From the NCBI GenBank assembly GCA_051294375.1, contig CM119265.1, forward strand, positions 16,622,005 to 16,686,004: a DNA stretch of 64,000 nt. The letters are read 5' to 3'. The notes under the pieces were generated by a model. The model was not told the origin of the DNA and made no database searches. It saw only the letters and a list, made by a program, of their open reading frames with translations. Source of the DNA: Paraspadella gotoi. Its lineage: Eukaryota; Animalia; Chaetognatha. Shown in pieces: positions 40,359 through 53,300 of this stretch (positions are counted from its first letter, which is position 1; the number at the start of each line of letters is the position of its first letter). The position numbers and the translations under genes are program-made.

Positions 40359-41991
40359 TTACTCCTCATCCCCTGGTGTTTCTTCCATCTCTACGTCGTC
40401 GTTTTTCTCGTTTCCCGATAGTCCGACTCCGTTAATTGTCATTCCAAGGTGTTCTTTAGCCAAAGTCTTAACATTCACTCCCTCCACCTCGTCCCCTCTT
40501 CTTCTTAAAGTCACGATGAGGACGACATTCCTGGCTTCCTTGACCCGCCACCATCTGCCGAGTCGGTGCTCCTGGCCGAGACCAGCCACCAAAATTCCTC
40601 CATCAACGGAAAATTTCAATGAGTTGACAAATCCCTCGGCCGCAATCGTAAATTTCAGTTTGGTAAGGTGTTTGAAGCCTTCGGCGCATTTCCAAAGTCG
40701 AATGTGGCCGTCGCTTGAGCCGGACGCGACAAGATTGGAACAAGGCATTGCTACATCATATAAAAACATAGTAATCGATTAATAATGAAAAGTAACCTTA
40801 ATAATGATAAAAAAATGAAAAATAATAATAATTACCGGCAACGGCTGATATCCAGTGCGTCTGCGTTCCCGGTGGTTCCATGCCGTCAGGGGTCCAAATC
40901 GATCGCAGTTTCTTGCCAGAGTGTGCTCGAGCAAATTGCGTCAACGGCTTCTTCTTGCCGAGAGTCCAAAGAGCAAGGCTTCCCTCGTCGCTTCCCGTGA
41001 CCCATGTCTCCTCGTTGACGAAAGCCGCGCAGTCGAGAGAACCGGTCGTGCCTGTGAAGACGAGCTGGGACTCTTCCACGATTTTCCAAACGCGACAAGA
41101 CCCGTCCGTGCCTCCGACCGTCAACGCGCGTTCCTTGAACAAGCTGTCGATGGCCATGATGCGATTCTGGTGGCCGAAGAGAGTTTCCACGTACGACATC
41201 TGATCACAGTTCCAGACTTTGACGCAGCGATCGGCAGCGCAGGAGAAGAGCTGGCCGGATGCGCGGCGTCGAAATGCGAGGCCGTGAACCGGTCCTCGAT
41301 GACCCTTGAAGACGTGGAGAAGGGAGAGATCGACGGGGTTCCAAACCATGATGGTTTTAGCGGCGTCACCGCTAGCCAAAAAACGGTCGTCGTCGGACAC
41401 CGCCAAGGAGAGTACGATCGCCCCGTGACAATCAGGGGCACCTTTTTTTCCTTGCAGCTTTCCGAGTCTACAGCCCGAAGCGACAGACCACTTCACGATT
41501 GAAAAATCTTTACCGGCGCTGAAGACCCACTCAGCTTTGGAGGAGATGACCACGCATGTCACGCTCCTTCGATGACCCTTTCCATTTTTGTTCAGTATCT
41601 TTTGGTCCTCGGGTCCGGGTTCGATGACGTCGTCGGCGACCGCCTTGACCCGCCGGCCCTTCTCGTCGTCGAGGTCTCGCTTCAAACGATGAGAGATGGC
41701 GTCGTGAACTAGAGCCTTGTCTTCTGCGGCGTCCTCCTCGTGCCGCTTCAAGTCTTCCAACATGAGCTTTGCCAGGCGGACCTTCTTCTCTTGTGCGGTT
41801 TCAGGGTCTCCTTCGTCAACGTCTCCGACGTCCTCAGCTCGAATTTCTTCATCGCCGGAAGGCAATTCCTCGTCGCTCTCGATTTCAATGTCTGCATCTC
41901 GTTTTTTGTCTCCGTTTTTAGTTTTGAAGTCACGTTTGGGCGAGTGAGCCCGTTTACGTTTGTTGTGCCCGGGGCGAATGAAAAAAGACAT
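40359..41991 (-). CDS. RRP9: U3 snoRNP WD40 protein U3-55K; 2 exons
   Basis: MSFFIR start, ETAQEKKVRLAK, YVETLFGHQ, WKIVEESQLVF, GQEHRLGRWW; intron approx 40835-40752. Confidence 0.95.
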
Positions 41992-42261
41992 ATTTGACCT
42001 GCTGTAAGAAAAGAGAAAAAGCTCGAAAAGGTTTATACTTGTGAATGCGTTGAGTCAACGCAGACAAAACATAGCAAAAATCTAAACTACATAAATAGTT
42101 ATAAAAAGGAACAAATGGCGTTTTCTTGCTATTATGAATCGACTTTTCAACTTCAATTAAGTAAATCGGTGTAGATTTGAATTAAACCAAACTTGTAACA
42201 CATATTAAAGCAAAGAAAAAAAAAATAAAGGAACTCTTTTACTTTTGTCACCGCGGAAGTC

Positions 42262-43994
42262 CTACTCATTCCAAGCGCCTACGTGCTCTTCGCGCCTTTC
42301 CACTGGCAAATCGAATACGGCGACGGCCTTCTCGACGCTTTTGCGCATTCTAGGAGTTTGCTCTAGACCCCAAGGCTGGTCGTTTGGAGTTTTGAGAATC
42401 CAGACTTCGCGCATTGGATACCATCCGTGAGTGCCGTCCTCAAAAAAAGAAACGTGGAGATACCCGCTAACGGAATAGATCGTTTTGTCGAGATTTTCCG
42501 CGAAGGTATCTTCGGCACTGACGAGACCAGGATCGAACTTCTTCTTGTCAACGATTACGACGTCGCCGAGGTTAATTTTCTCGGTACCTCGGTTGGGCCT
42601 GTACTCGATATCTAGTGGAAGTCGTTCCTCGATCAAAACGATTTTCCAGAACCTTTCCTCCATTGTAAGCATAAACATCTCCTCGGCGATGTCGATCGCC
42701 GCCTCCCAATCCCTGCGCCGCCGATTTCTCGGAACTCTATCTTCGGCGCTCTCGCGATCTTTCCATTCCACGACGGAGGCTTCATCGATATTGGCGAAGG
42801 AGGTACGAGTTCGACCCGAGACCCCCTCCCAAAATTTTACTCGAAATAGTTTACAACGACGGAAACTGGATGTTGCAGACATTAAAAAAATTAATAATTT
42901 ATTTTCTTTTAAATCATGAATAATCAAGACTGCTCTTACCTTTCTTTGCACTTAGGTAACGAAAAAAATGGCCAAAGTTTCTTATATTTATATATATTTA
43001 TAAATTCTTTAATAAATTTCACCCATATGTTTAAGAGTAAAGTTAATAGTCATAGGATATTAATGGATTTATTAATAAAAATTAATTAATAGTGAACACA
43101 TTTTTTTTTCAAACGAACTAAGGCCATTTCAATCATTACCATTTCATCCTCAGGAATACTGACGACAAGACCGGGCCAAAACGGATAATTCAAATATTTC
43201 GCCAATACGACTGTGCCGATATCAATGTCACAGGAGGAAAATTTTGCTTTTTTCTTGACTGACGAAGCCAAATCACTAGCAGGTCTAATGCCAATCTTTT
43301 TCGTTATCCCCAGCCCTTCTGGATAACTATTCGACAAAGAATGCGAAATGGGTGCGTTCGTCGGCGACTGAGGGTTCGTGTCTTGATCTAAGCAGCTTTT
43401 CGGCTTCGTCGAATTCTTCGAACTGGAATGACTATTGAGAGCGACAAAAAGAGCTTTGGACCGAAACACGTTATTACTCAGATCCGGATAGGAAGGAGAA
43501 AGTGGAGTCGACGGCGCCGGATCCAGCTTAGCATCTCGCGAGGATTTCGCTCGGGGATCGGCTGACTTCGCCGCCACAGACTTCAACGACGCCAGAAATC
43601 TTGGAGTCGGCTCGGCGCGGCCGGTTGTGGAGCGCGCTTTTTTTGCAAGGAGAAGGGACGGTGCCTCAGAAGCTCCTGCTACCCCGGGCGGCTTTACCGT
43701 GCCGGTGAAATAAGCAAACTTAGATGGGCTCTGCTCCTTACGCTGCTTTGCTGCTTCGCTGAGAACGTAACTCTGCGCCTCGCAAATGGCATTTTTAAGA
43801 AATCGAATGCTCTCGTTATGTTTTTCCTCTATGGCGTTGTTTGCCACTTCAACGTTCGCCGATTCGACTTCTTCCATGAGACGAAGGAAGTTGTGGAGAC
43901 TCTGGTAATCTTTCTTAAACTTTTCCTTGAGGCGTTTTGCGCGAGCCATCGCCGCATCTTGGTCTGGGAAGGTCGAACTGACCCCGTTTTCCAT
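42262..43994 (-). CDS. Unknown protein with PWWP domain and a second PWWP-like repeat; 3 exons including an 11-nt microexon
   Basis: GTVVLAKYLNYPFWPGLV...FRVKFWEG; second unit GDVVIVDKKKFDPGLV...YLHVSFFEDGTHGWY. Exons 43994-43140, 42950-42940, 42865-42262. Confidence 0.7.
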
Positions 43995-44094
43995 GTCCTA
44001 GTTTTGTCTGTGCACCACCAAAAGAAGGCCTGTTTATTTTGGTTTGCCGAACAAAGATATGAGCAAGACAGATTTCCAAGTCAGCAAACGTCAC

Positions 44095-46589
44095 CACGGT
44101 TCTTTTTATAGGAGGAAAAAGAAAATGGAAATATACCATCTCTGGAATGATAAAAACCTGAAAGGTTGCTGTCTGGACAAGAGCTTAGGCTAAGTCGAAA
44201 AATTTGTCCAAACTCAGTTTTTTTTTAAATTGCAGTTGAAGTTGGTAAGTTAATTTTTGAAAAAATTTGATAACTTTTGTACTAATTTTGCAAAATATAG
44301 ACTCAATTCAAACATCTATATGTCAAACGATATCAGTAAACCGAGAGCTTTAATTTAAGACCACTCCCAACTTTCTCCGACTTTTGGTTAAAAAGTTATT
44401 AATCAAAATATATTATTTTTCTTTAAAAAAGTAATGAAATGATGAGTATTATTGAGAATATAATAAGACTTTAATCTAAAAAATTGAGGATACCAACGAG
44501 TTCTATAGACAGTCTTCTTTCAATTAATTCATAAATAAAATTTTTCTTCAAGCTTAAATATAGGTACATCATCCCCCAAAAATTTAAAAAAATATAAATT
44601 AAATTTGTAAATAATTTACCATAATGATTTTATATAATTTTACTTAATATATATGGACTAGAAACTATAGGATGTGACCTTCATTTTGAGCCTATTGTCA
44701 ACTCTTTACGATAAATATTTATTGAGATACTACCAAAGAAAGCCCCAAAAATCTTTAAAAAACGTAATTTTTAATTTATTTAAGTCATATCTCGGTGAAT
44801 ATATAACTTATTTTAAGTCAAATGATTTTATTCAGCAGATTAAAGTGTAAGGCACATATTAAATACCATTAGTTGTATTATTTTATCATAATTTAATCAG
44901 GACACTTAATTTTCAGACAATTTTTACCAAATTTACATATACTTTTGGTTTTTACAGCAACAAAGTACTAAAACAGGTAAATAAAAATTGATGATAAAAT
45001 CTGTAAGCCAAAAGACCTTAGAATGTATAATATAGGTTTAAAAATTTTTCTCATAAAGATTTAATGATATAATGACAATAAAAAAATAAAAAAAATTTTA
45101 TATATAAATTAAAGATTGAAGAAAAATAATGATATTACAGTTAGTTTTTTATGATTATTGTAGTGCTTGTAGTAGTAGTCGTGGTAGTAGGGGTCTCAGT
45201 GGTTGAGGTTTCTTTGTGTTTGGTGTGGGAATAATTTTTTTTGGTCATTATAATTGTTGTGGTCAATATTGTTATCATGGTTGTTATTATAATTATAATA
45301 TATTTTAAATAGATATCATATAGTAGTCATAGTAGGTGGTTGTAGCTATTATATCTGTAATAGAACTGAGAATTATGGTATGAATGTTGTGATTGTTTAG
45401 AGTGTAGGAAATATGTTTTTATAATATAAAATTTTTTTTAAATTTACCTACTCTTTTAAGTAAATAAAACTTTTAATAATTAGTGGTTTAAGAATATGGC
45501 TATCTTTTTATAATATAGAATCATGATAAATAAGAAAAAACTAACTGTAATATCATTATTTTTCTTCAATCTTTAATTTATATATATAATTTTTTTTATT
45601 TTTTATTGTCATTATATCATTAAATCTTTATGAGAAAAATTTTAAACCTATATAATACCTTCTAAGGTCTTTTGGCTTACAGATTTTATCATCAATTTTT
45701 ATTTACCTGTTTTAGTACTTTGTTGCTGTAAAAATCAAAGAATATGTAAATTTGTTTAAAATTGGCTGAAAATTAAGTGTCCTGATTAAATTATGATAAA
45801 ATAATACAACTAATGGTATTTAATATGTGCCTTACACTTTAATCTGCTGAATAAAATCATTTGACTTAAAATAAGTTATATATGCACTGAGATATGACTT
45901 AAATAAATTAAAAATTATATTTTTTAAAGATTTTTAGGGCTTTTTTTGGTAGTACCTCAATAAATATTTATCGTAAAGAGTTGGCAATAGGCTCAAAATG
46001 AAGGTCACATCCTATAGTTTCTAGTCCATATATATTAAGTAAAATTATATAAAATCATTATAGTAAATTATTTACAAATTAATTTATATTTTTTTAAATT
46101 TTTTGGGGGATAATGTACCTATATTTAAGCTTGAAGAAAAATTTTATTTATGAATTAATTGAAAGAAGACTGTCTATAGAACTTGTTGGTATCCTCAATT
46201 TTTTAGATTAAAGTCTTATTATATTCTCAATAATACTCATCATTTCATTACTTTTTTAAAGAAAAAATAATATATTTTGATTAATAACTTTTTAACCAAA
46301 AGTCGGAGAAAGTTGGGAGTGGTCTTAAATTAAAGCTCTCGGTTTACTGATATCGTTTGACATATAGATGTTTGAATTGAGTCTATATTTTGCAAAATTA
46401 GTACAAAAGTTATCAAATTTTTTCAAAAATTAACTTACCAACTTCAACTGCAATTTAAAAAAAAAACTGAGTTTGGACAAATTTTTCGACTTCGCCTAAG
46501 CTCTTGTCCAGACAGCAACCTTTCAGGTTTTTATCATTCCAGAGATGGTATATTTCCATTTTCTTTTTCCTCCTATAAAAAGAACCGTG
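44095..46589. mobile_element. 2.5-kb foldback element, Chapaev-like (CACGG ends, 4-bp TSD)
   Basis: ~1.05-kb near-perfect inverted arms (44095-45150 / 45535-46589); TSD TCAC on both sides. Confidence 0.93.
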
Positions 46590-46814
46590 TCACATATTTT
46601 ATTTCTTGACTTTTATATGACACCTTTTATGATTGTAATTCAGTTAAAATTGTGTCGGGCCAATATATATATTTATAAATATAATTATCCCTCCGTTAAT
46701 AATCACATAATTGCAAAAATATGATAACTTTCTACCAAATATAAACCTAATTGGGCAATGGGCATTCCTAGAGATTAATACGCTCCAGAGGTTTATGGGA
46801 AAATGAAGAGCAAG

Positions 46815-47422
46815 TATAAGGAAGGAACTTTTGATACAACCAAGAATGAGATTGAGTTCATCAATCTCATTTGCATATTGTCGTATTGACATTGACTTGT
46901 CATAAATTCTGTTCCTGTATCATTTCATGTTCTCATTTCACGAATTCACTTTTGTCATTAGTGTAGCTATTGATGATAGTAATTGATTAGAGAGTTTGGG
47001 ACATTTATTAATAATAATTATCAATTAAACTAACTTATAAATATTCTTATTGGAACCCACTCTTAGGTATTTCAGTTACAGTTTAAAGCTTCAGGATGAA
47101 TTCTATGCTTTAACTTGGAACAGAGTTGGCTTCCAATATGGCAGTCCCATCCTCTCTGGTCTTAGTTCTTACTTATTGGGTTAGGAATTATGTTAGAAGC
47201 ATTTTATATATGTTTATTAATAAAGACTCTTTCTTTCCTCCATAGGGTATCTATGCTTATGACTTTACTTCCCTTAAGCTAGCTATATGCCTCAAGCATT
47301 CTACTACTGAACCACAGCAAGTTAGCATCTCTTATTCTACAAGTAAGTTAATTGGTATGTTTATTGGAAATACTACTAGAGCTAAGTTTACTGTTATTTT
47401 AGGACCAAATAGCTCGCTTACA
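46815..47422. repeat. Dispersed repeat (copy 2 of 32298-32850)
   Basis: Near-identical sequence with small indels. Confidence 0.85.
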
Positions 47423-47769
47423 CAAGGTTTTTTTAATAAATTAATGGAATAAGAAGAAGAACAAGAGAGGAAAATTTCTCAGAGGAAAAAAAATTTAAAG
47501 AAATTAGATATATTCTGATATAATATTTTTTCAATATTTGTTATTGTTGTTATTATATTAATGTTTGGGTAATAATTATATTAAAATTGAAATTAAGTTA
47601 AATTAAAGTTTAGAATAAATTAAAATTATTATATAAATTTAAAAAAATCTTAAAAGCATAAGGATCGTCGCAATCGCATAAGAAAAATCAGGATGGACGA
47701 CAAATTTTGATATTAAAAAAAAGAAAATTTGAGAAAAGAAAATTAATTTATAAACAGAAAAAAAAATTA

Positions 47770-48240
47770 TATATTGCGATTGTCAATTAAAAAAAATAAC
47801 AAAGTACCGAGGAAAATTAAAGTTACAATTTATAAAAAAAAAAAAAAAAACTTTTTCATTGACAATAAAAAAATTTTTTTTGCGATTGTCAATTAAAAAA
47901 AAATAATAAAGTACCAAGGAAAATTAAAGTTACAGTTGTGTGAGACTCGACGCTTGAGGGAAAACAAAATTAAATGGATTAACAAAGCACCGACTGGTGG
48001 TACCTTAGGTTGGTTGCAGACGTCGAATAATAAAGTTACCCCGTAACCCCGGTCGGGGAAAATAAAATTATGCTTAAATATATTTAAGTAGTTTTTCAAA
48101 TGATATCAAAACCCCGGTCGGTGAAAGTAAAATTTGGCCATTTTACCAATATTTAACATGTAATTGGGAAAGACCAACGGACCGACAGGCCAAAAAGTGA
48201 CTTATAGAGTTGCACTGCGTGTACTCACAGCTCAACGTAA
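47770..48240. mobile_element. Helentron/Helitron-like fragments with internal duplication
   Basis: tgcgattgtcaattaaaa..gaaaattaaagttaca duplicated; aaccccggtcgg motif twice; cggaccgac..aaaagtgacttatagagt matches the 35480 family. Confidence 0.5.
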
Positions 48241-48691
48241 TTTTCGGTCAATTTCAAACAGAAAACGCTGAAAAATCAGTTTCAAATTAGAGAAAAAAAA
48301 TATTTATAAACAAAGAATCACATGTAGGCAGACAATTTTAATTCACGTACATGAATAGATTGTTCTTATTTTCAAAACGAGGTACAAACTTTTAAGAACA
48401 AAGAGAAAAAGGAAGCCACTCCAAACTGTAGCAGATGATTTTCTGTTAAAATTAAAAGAATGATATTTTAATCAAAGTGGCACAAAAATTAAGGCAGAGG
48501 TATGCGGCGTAAATTCGCTTGCAATAAAGTAATTTGCAAATCGAGTTAAAGTTAAAAATAAATTCATGCTCAATTTGAACTCCAAGAAAATTTAAAAAGC
48601 GTCCTTCAAAACAGCCTTCACGGTGTCACATGTTAGATTAAACAGATTAACCTAAAAGAAACAGTCTTAAAAACTAAACGAAATAAAAATA

Positions 48692-49616
48692 TCAGGCCGC
48701 TAACTTACTCGTCCCGGCGACTGTTAGGAGATTTGTTTTAACCGCTGCCGGCGAATCGATGCTCATCTTTCGCCCAATGCAGTCACGGTATAACCGGAAA
48801 GTCTCTTCCGCAGCGTGGGAACACAAGCTGAGACATTCATGAAGTTGATCGTCGGAGAGTGCTCCACCATGCCGCCCGCTAGAGTGAGAAGCGACGACAC
48901 GATTTTCTGTCGATTCAAAGGCGAAGGTGAGAACAGCGACGGCATCGCGCTCTTCAGCATCCGTGGGGTCCACGACGACGCGGGGCTCGGTCACAGGCGC
49001 CAAGTTGGACTTGGACTCTGCGTCGTCTTCAGGAGAGCGAAGCAAATAAGCGCAAGAGACTGCGGCGAACATCGCGCGCATAGGAACGCCAGCATCGAGA
49101 AGCGCCAGACAACAGGCGTTGATGCTGGCCGAAAGTAGGCTGCCGCTGGTCGATCCATTACCCTATTACACATCACCCTATTTTTTTAAAAGAACGCAAT
49201 GAAGAAAATATTTTTGATCATGACCAACTTGAACTTCTTGAACAACGACATTCAGGGCGGTGCGAGGATGCAATCGGCCGATAATACATGAGTCAATGGA
49301 GTTTCGTATTATTTCTTCTTTCAACTTTGAAGCGCAGCTCGACATCCCAATCTTAGGTTTAACGAGAACCTGAAGTCATTAATATAAATTTCTCGATTAC
49401 GCATAACTAGAAACAGTACCGTCTCAAACCACAAAACCCTACATCGACAGTAGCCCGGTCAATCCGTTCTTTTGAAATACGGACGTCCGTCGGCCCATAA
49501 ACGGAAGCTATGACAGTCGTCTCATCGCCGCAGTGGAAAGAGGCCGACCCATCGGCTCTAGAAATTAGTGACAGTTCACACGACATCGATCTCATCAAGA
49601 CCTGAGGGGCTGACAT
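48692..49616 (-). CDS. EXOSC5: Exosome complex component RRP46; 3 exons
   Basis: SRADGSA, SVYGP, HPRTALNVVVQ, GSLLSASINACCLALLDAGVPM, VDPTDAEE. Confidence 0.93.
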
Positions 49617-49786
49617 TTTAAGTTCGTGAAAATCGTGAAACTTCTGGCCGAATTGTTTCAAACGAGGCAATCTTAAGCAAAAAGAGAGAACAAAATACAT
49701 AAAAGAAAACTTTAATCAAGTCTCATCGAGGCAATTGACAATAACAACAAAAAAAAATTGAATTTTGTTAAAACCAATCGGTCCAA

Positions 49787-50066
<280 letters not shown>

Positions 50067-51085
50067 CTCTCAACGTTTACTGTTTGACCGTTATTGATTT
50101 TTATTTAAATAACCCAACTTTCTGTAGGTCAAAAAAGGTTTTGAGCAAAAACAGCATGATTACGTTGGTAAACGTTACATTCATATCATCATAAGCGAAC
50201 ATCTTTTTTCACTGTATTTTGATGTGGCACCAAATGGGAATTTATAAACTCGAGCCATTGATATGGTCTCAAAGACATCACAGAAAAATGCTAAGGAGAC
50301 GACGTTGAGAAAAAATCCTTAAGCAAAAATTGAAGATACCGAATTACAGAACTTATCATTTAACTATGGTAGCCAGTTTTGGACAAATGAAAGTAAATTT
50401 TAAAGGTTATAATTATAATATATAGATATAGTAAGTAATTCACATAATCATCACACGATTTTTTTTGGGGTGAAGGTGTTTTTTTAATTTTAAATGATTG
50501 TCTAAATAAAATCCTAAGTCTGAATCACACGTAGACGATTGATAGGTGTACGTATGAAAGGGTACTTATTACACTCATATAGATTGTAACTATTAATACA
50601 TATGCTGACGACACAAACGAATTACGCTGGTAATATTAGCCTCAAGTTAGGTAATACTACCAATAGCAATAAATGGTTAGTCATTTAGCCATTAAACCCG
50701 GCAAGAACATTTAGAGCTCATGCTAATGATTGAACTTCCCTTGTCTTCATTATCGCGGTTATAAAAAAAATGTGGACCTATACTTTAACAATTATTCAAA
50801 TTAATCAATTTAAAAATCAATCGAGAGCCATAATTAAAAAAAAGAAGAAAAAAAAGAGAAAAAAAGAGAAAAAAAAAGAATTTCCTATCGCCTTCAAATA
50901 TAGAAGAAAAAAGTAATCCAAGCCACGAAGCGGTTCATCGCGAAATCCTTCACTCACGACGCAGTCTCAAAATCAACTTCACCGCGAATCTCAACAAAAA
51001 AGAAAGTCCTAATAGCGAGTGTGTATCGGAGAATCTTTGTTGGACATAAACCCGGCACATCATCATCACGGCCGCAATCAATTCA

Positions 51086-53216
51086 CTAACGTCTCACGTA
51101 AAAAAGAACGTAGGCCTCGGGGGAGACAACGTCATTCGGGTCACGGATGCGCGAAACCATGCGGTCGTTGAAGGCGAACCAACCGTCCAGCGTTCGGCAA
51201 GCGGCGGTGTAGTGTCCCCTCGATAAACTTCCGAAATGATTTGAAACGCAGTAAAGGTCGTAAACGCAGATGTGTGCGGTTGACTCGCTCTTCGAGGCCG
51301 GTCGTGTGAACGAGAGATCGAGGCCATCAAGTGGGAAATTAACCAGGTCGTTGACTTTTTTCGGTCGCGCTCCGTGATCCGACGAGTGAAATCGGTTAAG
51401 AGAAACGACGAGAACTTCTGGCAGTCGGTGGAGATCAATTTTCTTGGAAAAGTTCCGCGGCATCTTGCACTTCGGGCACCTCCATTTGCAAGAAGGGGAT
51501 GCCGGAGGCGAAGCGTCGCCGACGACGCCTGTACCTGCGGCGCACTCTGTGCGAGACCCGACGATTTCGCGAGAGAGGTAGGCTCGCAGACATTCCTCCA
51601 CCGTGACGGCGCGTTTGGGAAAAGAGGACTCGGGGATAGGAAGCGCGAGGCATTGAAATTGTTCGTAAGTCGAACTCATGGTGCCGCAGGTGAGGCATTC
51701 GAGCGTAGAGCAACTTTGACCGGAAAAAAGATCAGTGACGATCGAACGTCCGTTTTTCAGCAGTTGCGATTCCCAGAACTTTTTGGCAAGCAACTCCCCC
51801 TTGTTGTTGTTCCCATCAACCACCTGAGAAAAGCAAAATAAATTCATTTTAAATAAAGCAAAATAGTGAACGTTTAAAACCGAATTACAATGAAACTTGT
51901 CTCACCTGAGAGGACCTCATGGTGGTAGCTGTAAGGGTGAATCTCTCACCCTCCCTCTTATGGGAGAGATCTTGGTGCAAGGCGTTCAAGAACCAGACGA
52001 GAAATTCGGACGAGTCCTGCTGCTTGTTCTTGGGAAAAGGAAACCCGAAGGCGGGTAAGGCCTCGATGAAATCGTCCGGATCGACGGAGGGTTCCTCGCA
52101 GGACCAAAGGCGCCGAGTTAAATTTTGATACTCGACCGAAAGAGGGACGTCGTCGCGTGAGAGCGGCGTTTGTAGAACCCAGCGTTTCAGCCGCGGGATA
52201 TTGGACAAGCATTGAATAATGCTGTTCATGTAACAGTAGAAGCTTGGATTGCGCAGCCCCGCCGTGACGGGCCTCGTCGCGGCGTCCACATGAAAAACTG
52301 ACGAGGCGAGTGGCGACGGAGGTGGTTGAGGCCGGCCTGGCGAAGATTTTAATGATTCAAATTTGGAACGAGGCGGTGTGGGAGTTAAGCAGTATTCGTG
52401 GTCGCGCATCGGAGGAGTCACGAGAAAGGACGTTTCCTCCTCGTCCAAGTCGTCAGCTTCGTCGCCGTTAACGACTTCTCCCGGGGACTCTGGAGGCGTC
52501 TCCAAGGGGATATCGGGAAGCGGCGGCCGCTTCGCCCCGGAAAGGACTGGATTGACCGATGCTTTTGGAGGCGTAATAGGAAAAATGATGTTGGCCGAAG
52601 GGGGCGGGGTGTCCCTGGCGGCGTGGTCCCTCTCCACCTCGAAAGGATCAAGGGGAACGAAGTTGTTCAAAAAATCCTTGGTAGGGCCGCGGCGTGAAGG
52701 CCCCAACTTGCGCCTTTTTTCGTTGCGCGTCTCGCCGGCCGAAGCGGCGGCTAGAGCGGAAAGCAAAGATCCGTGGAAGGCCAAAGTAGTTTCGATCTTT
52801 CTTGTTGTCGGGAAGAAATACTTACCCGGGTCTCCACTTTGAACGGTCGGGTCTTCTGAATCTCTCTTAACGGATGAATCCACAGGCTCGACGATATCTT
52901 TCACAGAGCTCGACCCATACCCTTTCCGTTTCTTGACATTGCTCCGGCCCTTCGGACTCGTCTCGCCAAGATCCACCCCTTTAAAGAGGTCTTCGACAAG
53001 GAGCCCAACGATTCTATTCTTTCTTGCCTTGGGATTTAGCTCCACGTTACGCAGTCGGCACATCTCTTTGAGTTCGTACATATCGCACTGTTTGTGAAAG
53101 CATTGGGCGACGTGGTGCGAGAGCTGAATCTGCCGTTCCTTCTCATTTTTAACTTGTAATTCTATGGCAGCCAGCCCAGTTGTCATGAATACATTGATTT
53201 TACTGATTGGGTCCAT
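51086..53216 (-). CDS. Ubiquitin-specific protease (USP2/8/21-like) with unusual N-terminus; 2 exons
   Basis: Cys box GLRNPSFYCYMNSIIQCL, QQDSSEFL, His box HFGSLSRGHYTA..FNDRMV; intron approx 51904-51824. Confidence 0.88.
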
Positions 53217-53300
53217 ATTGCTATAGAAATCAAAATAAAATTAATATACATATGAAAAGAATAAATTAAGAAAAAACCGGCAACAATGGTTAACTGTTAT

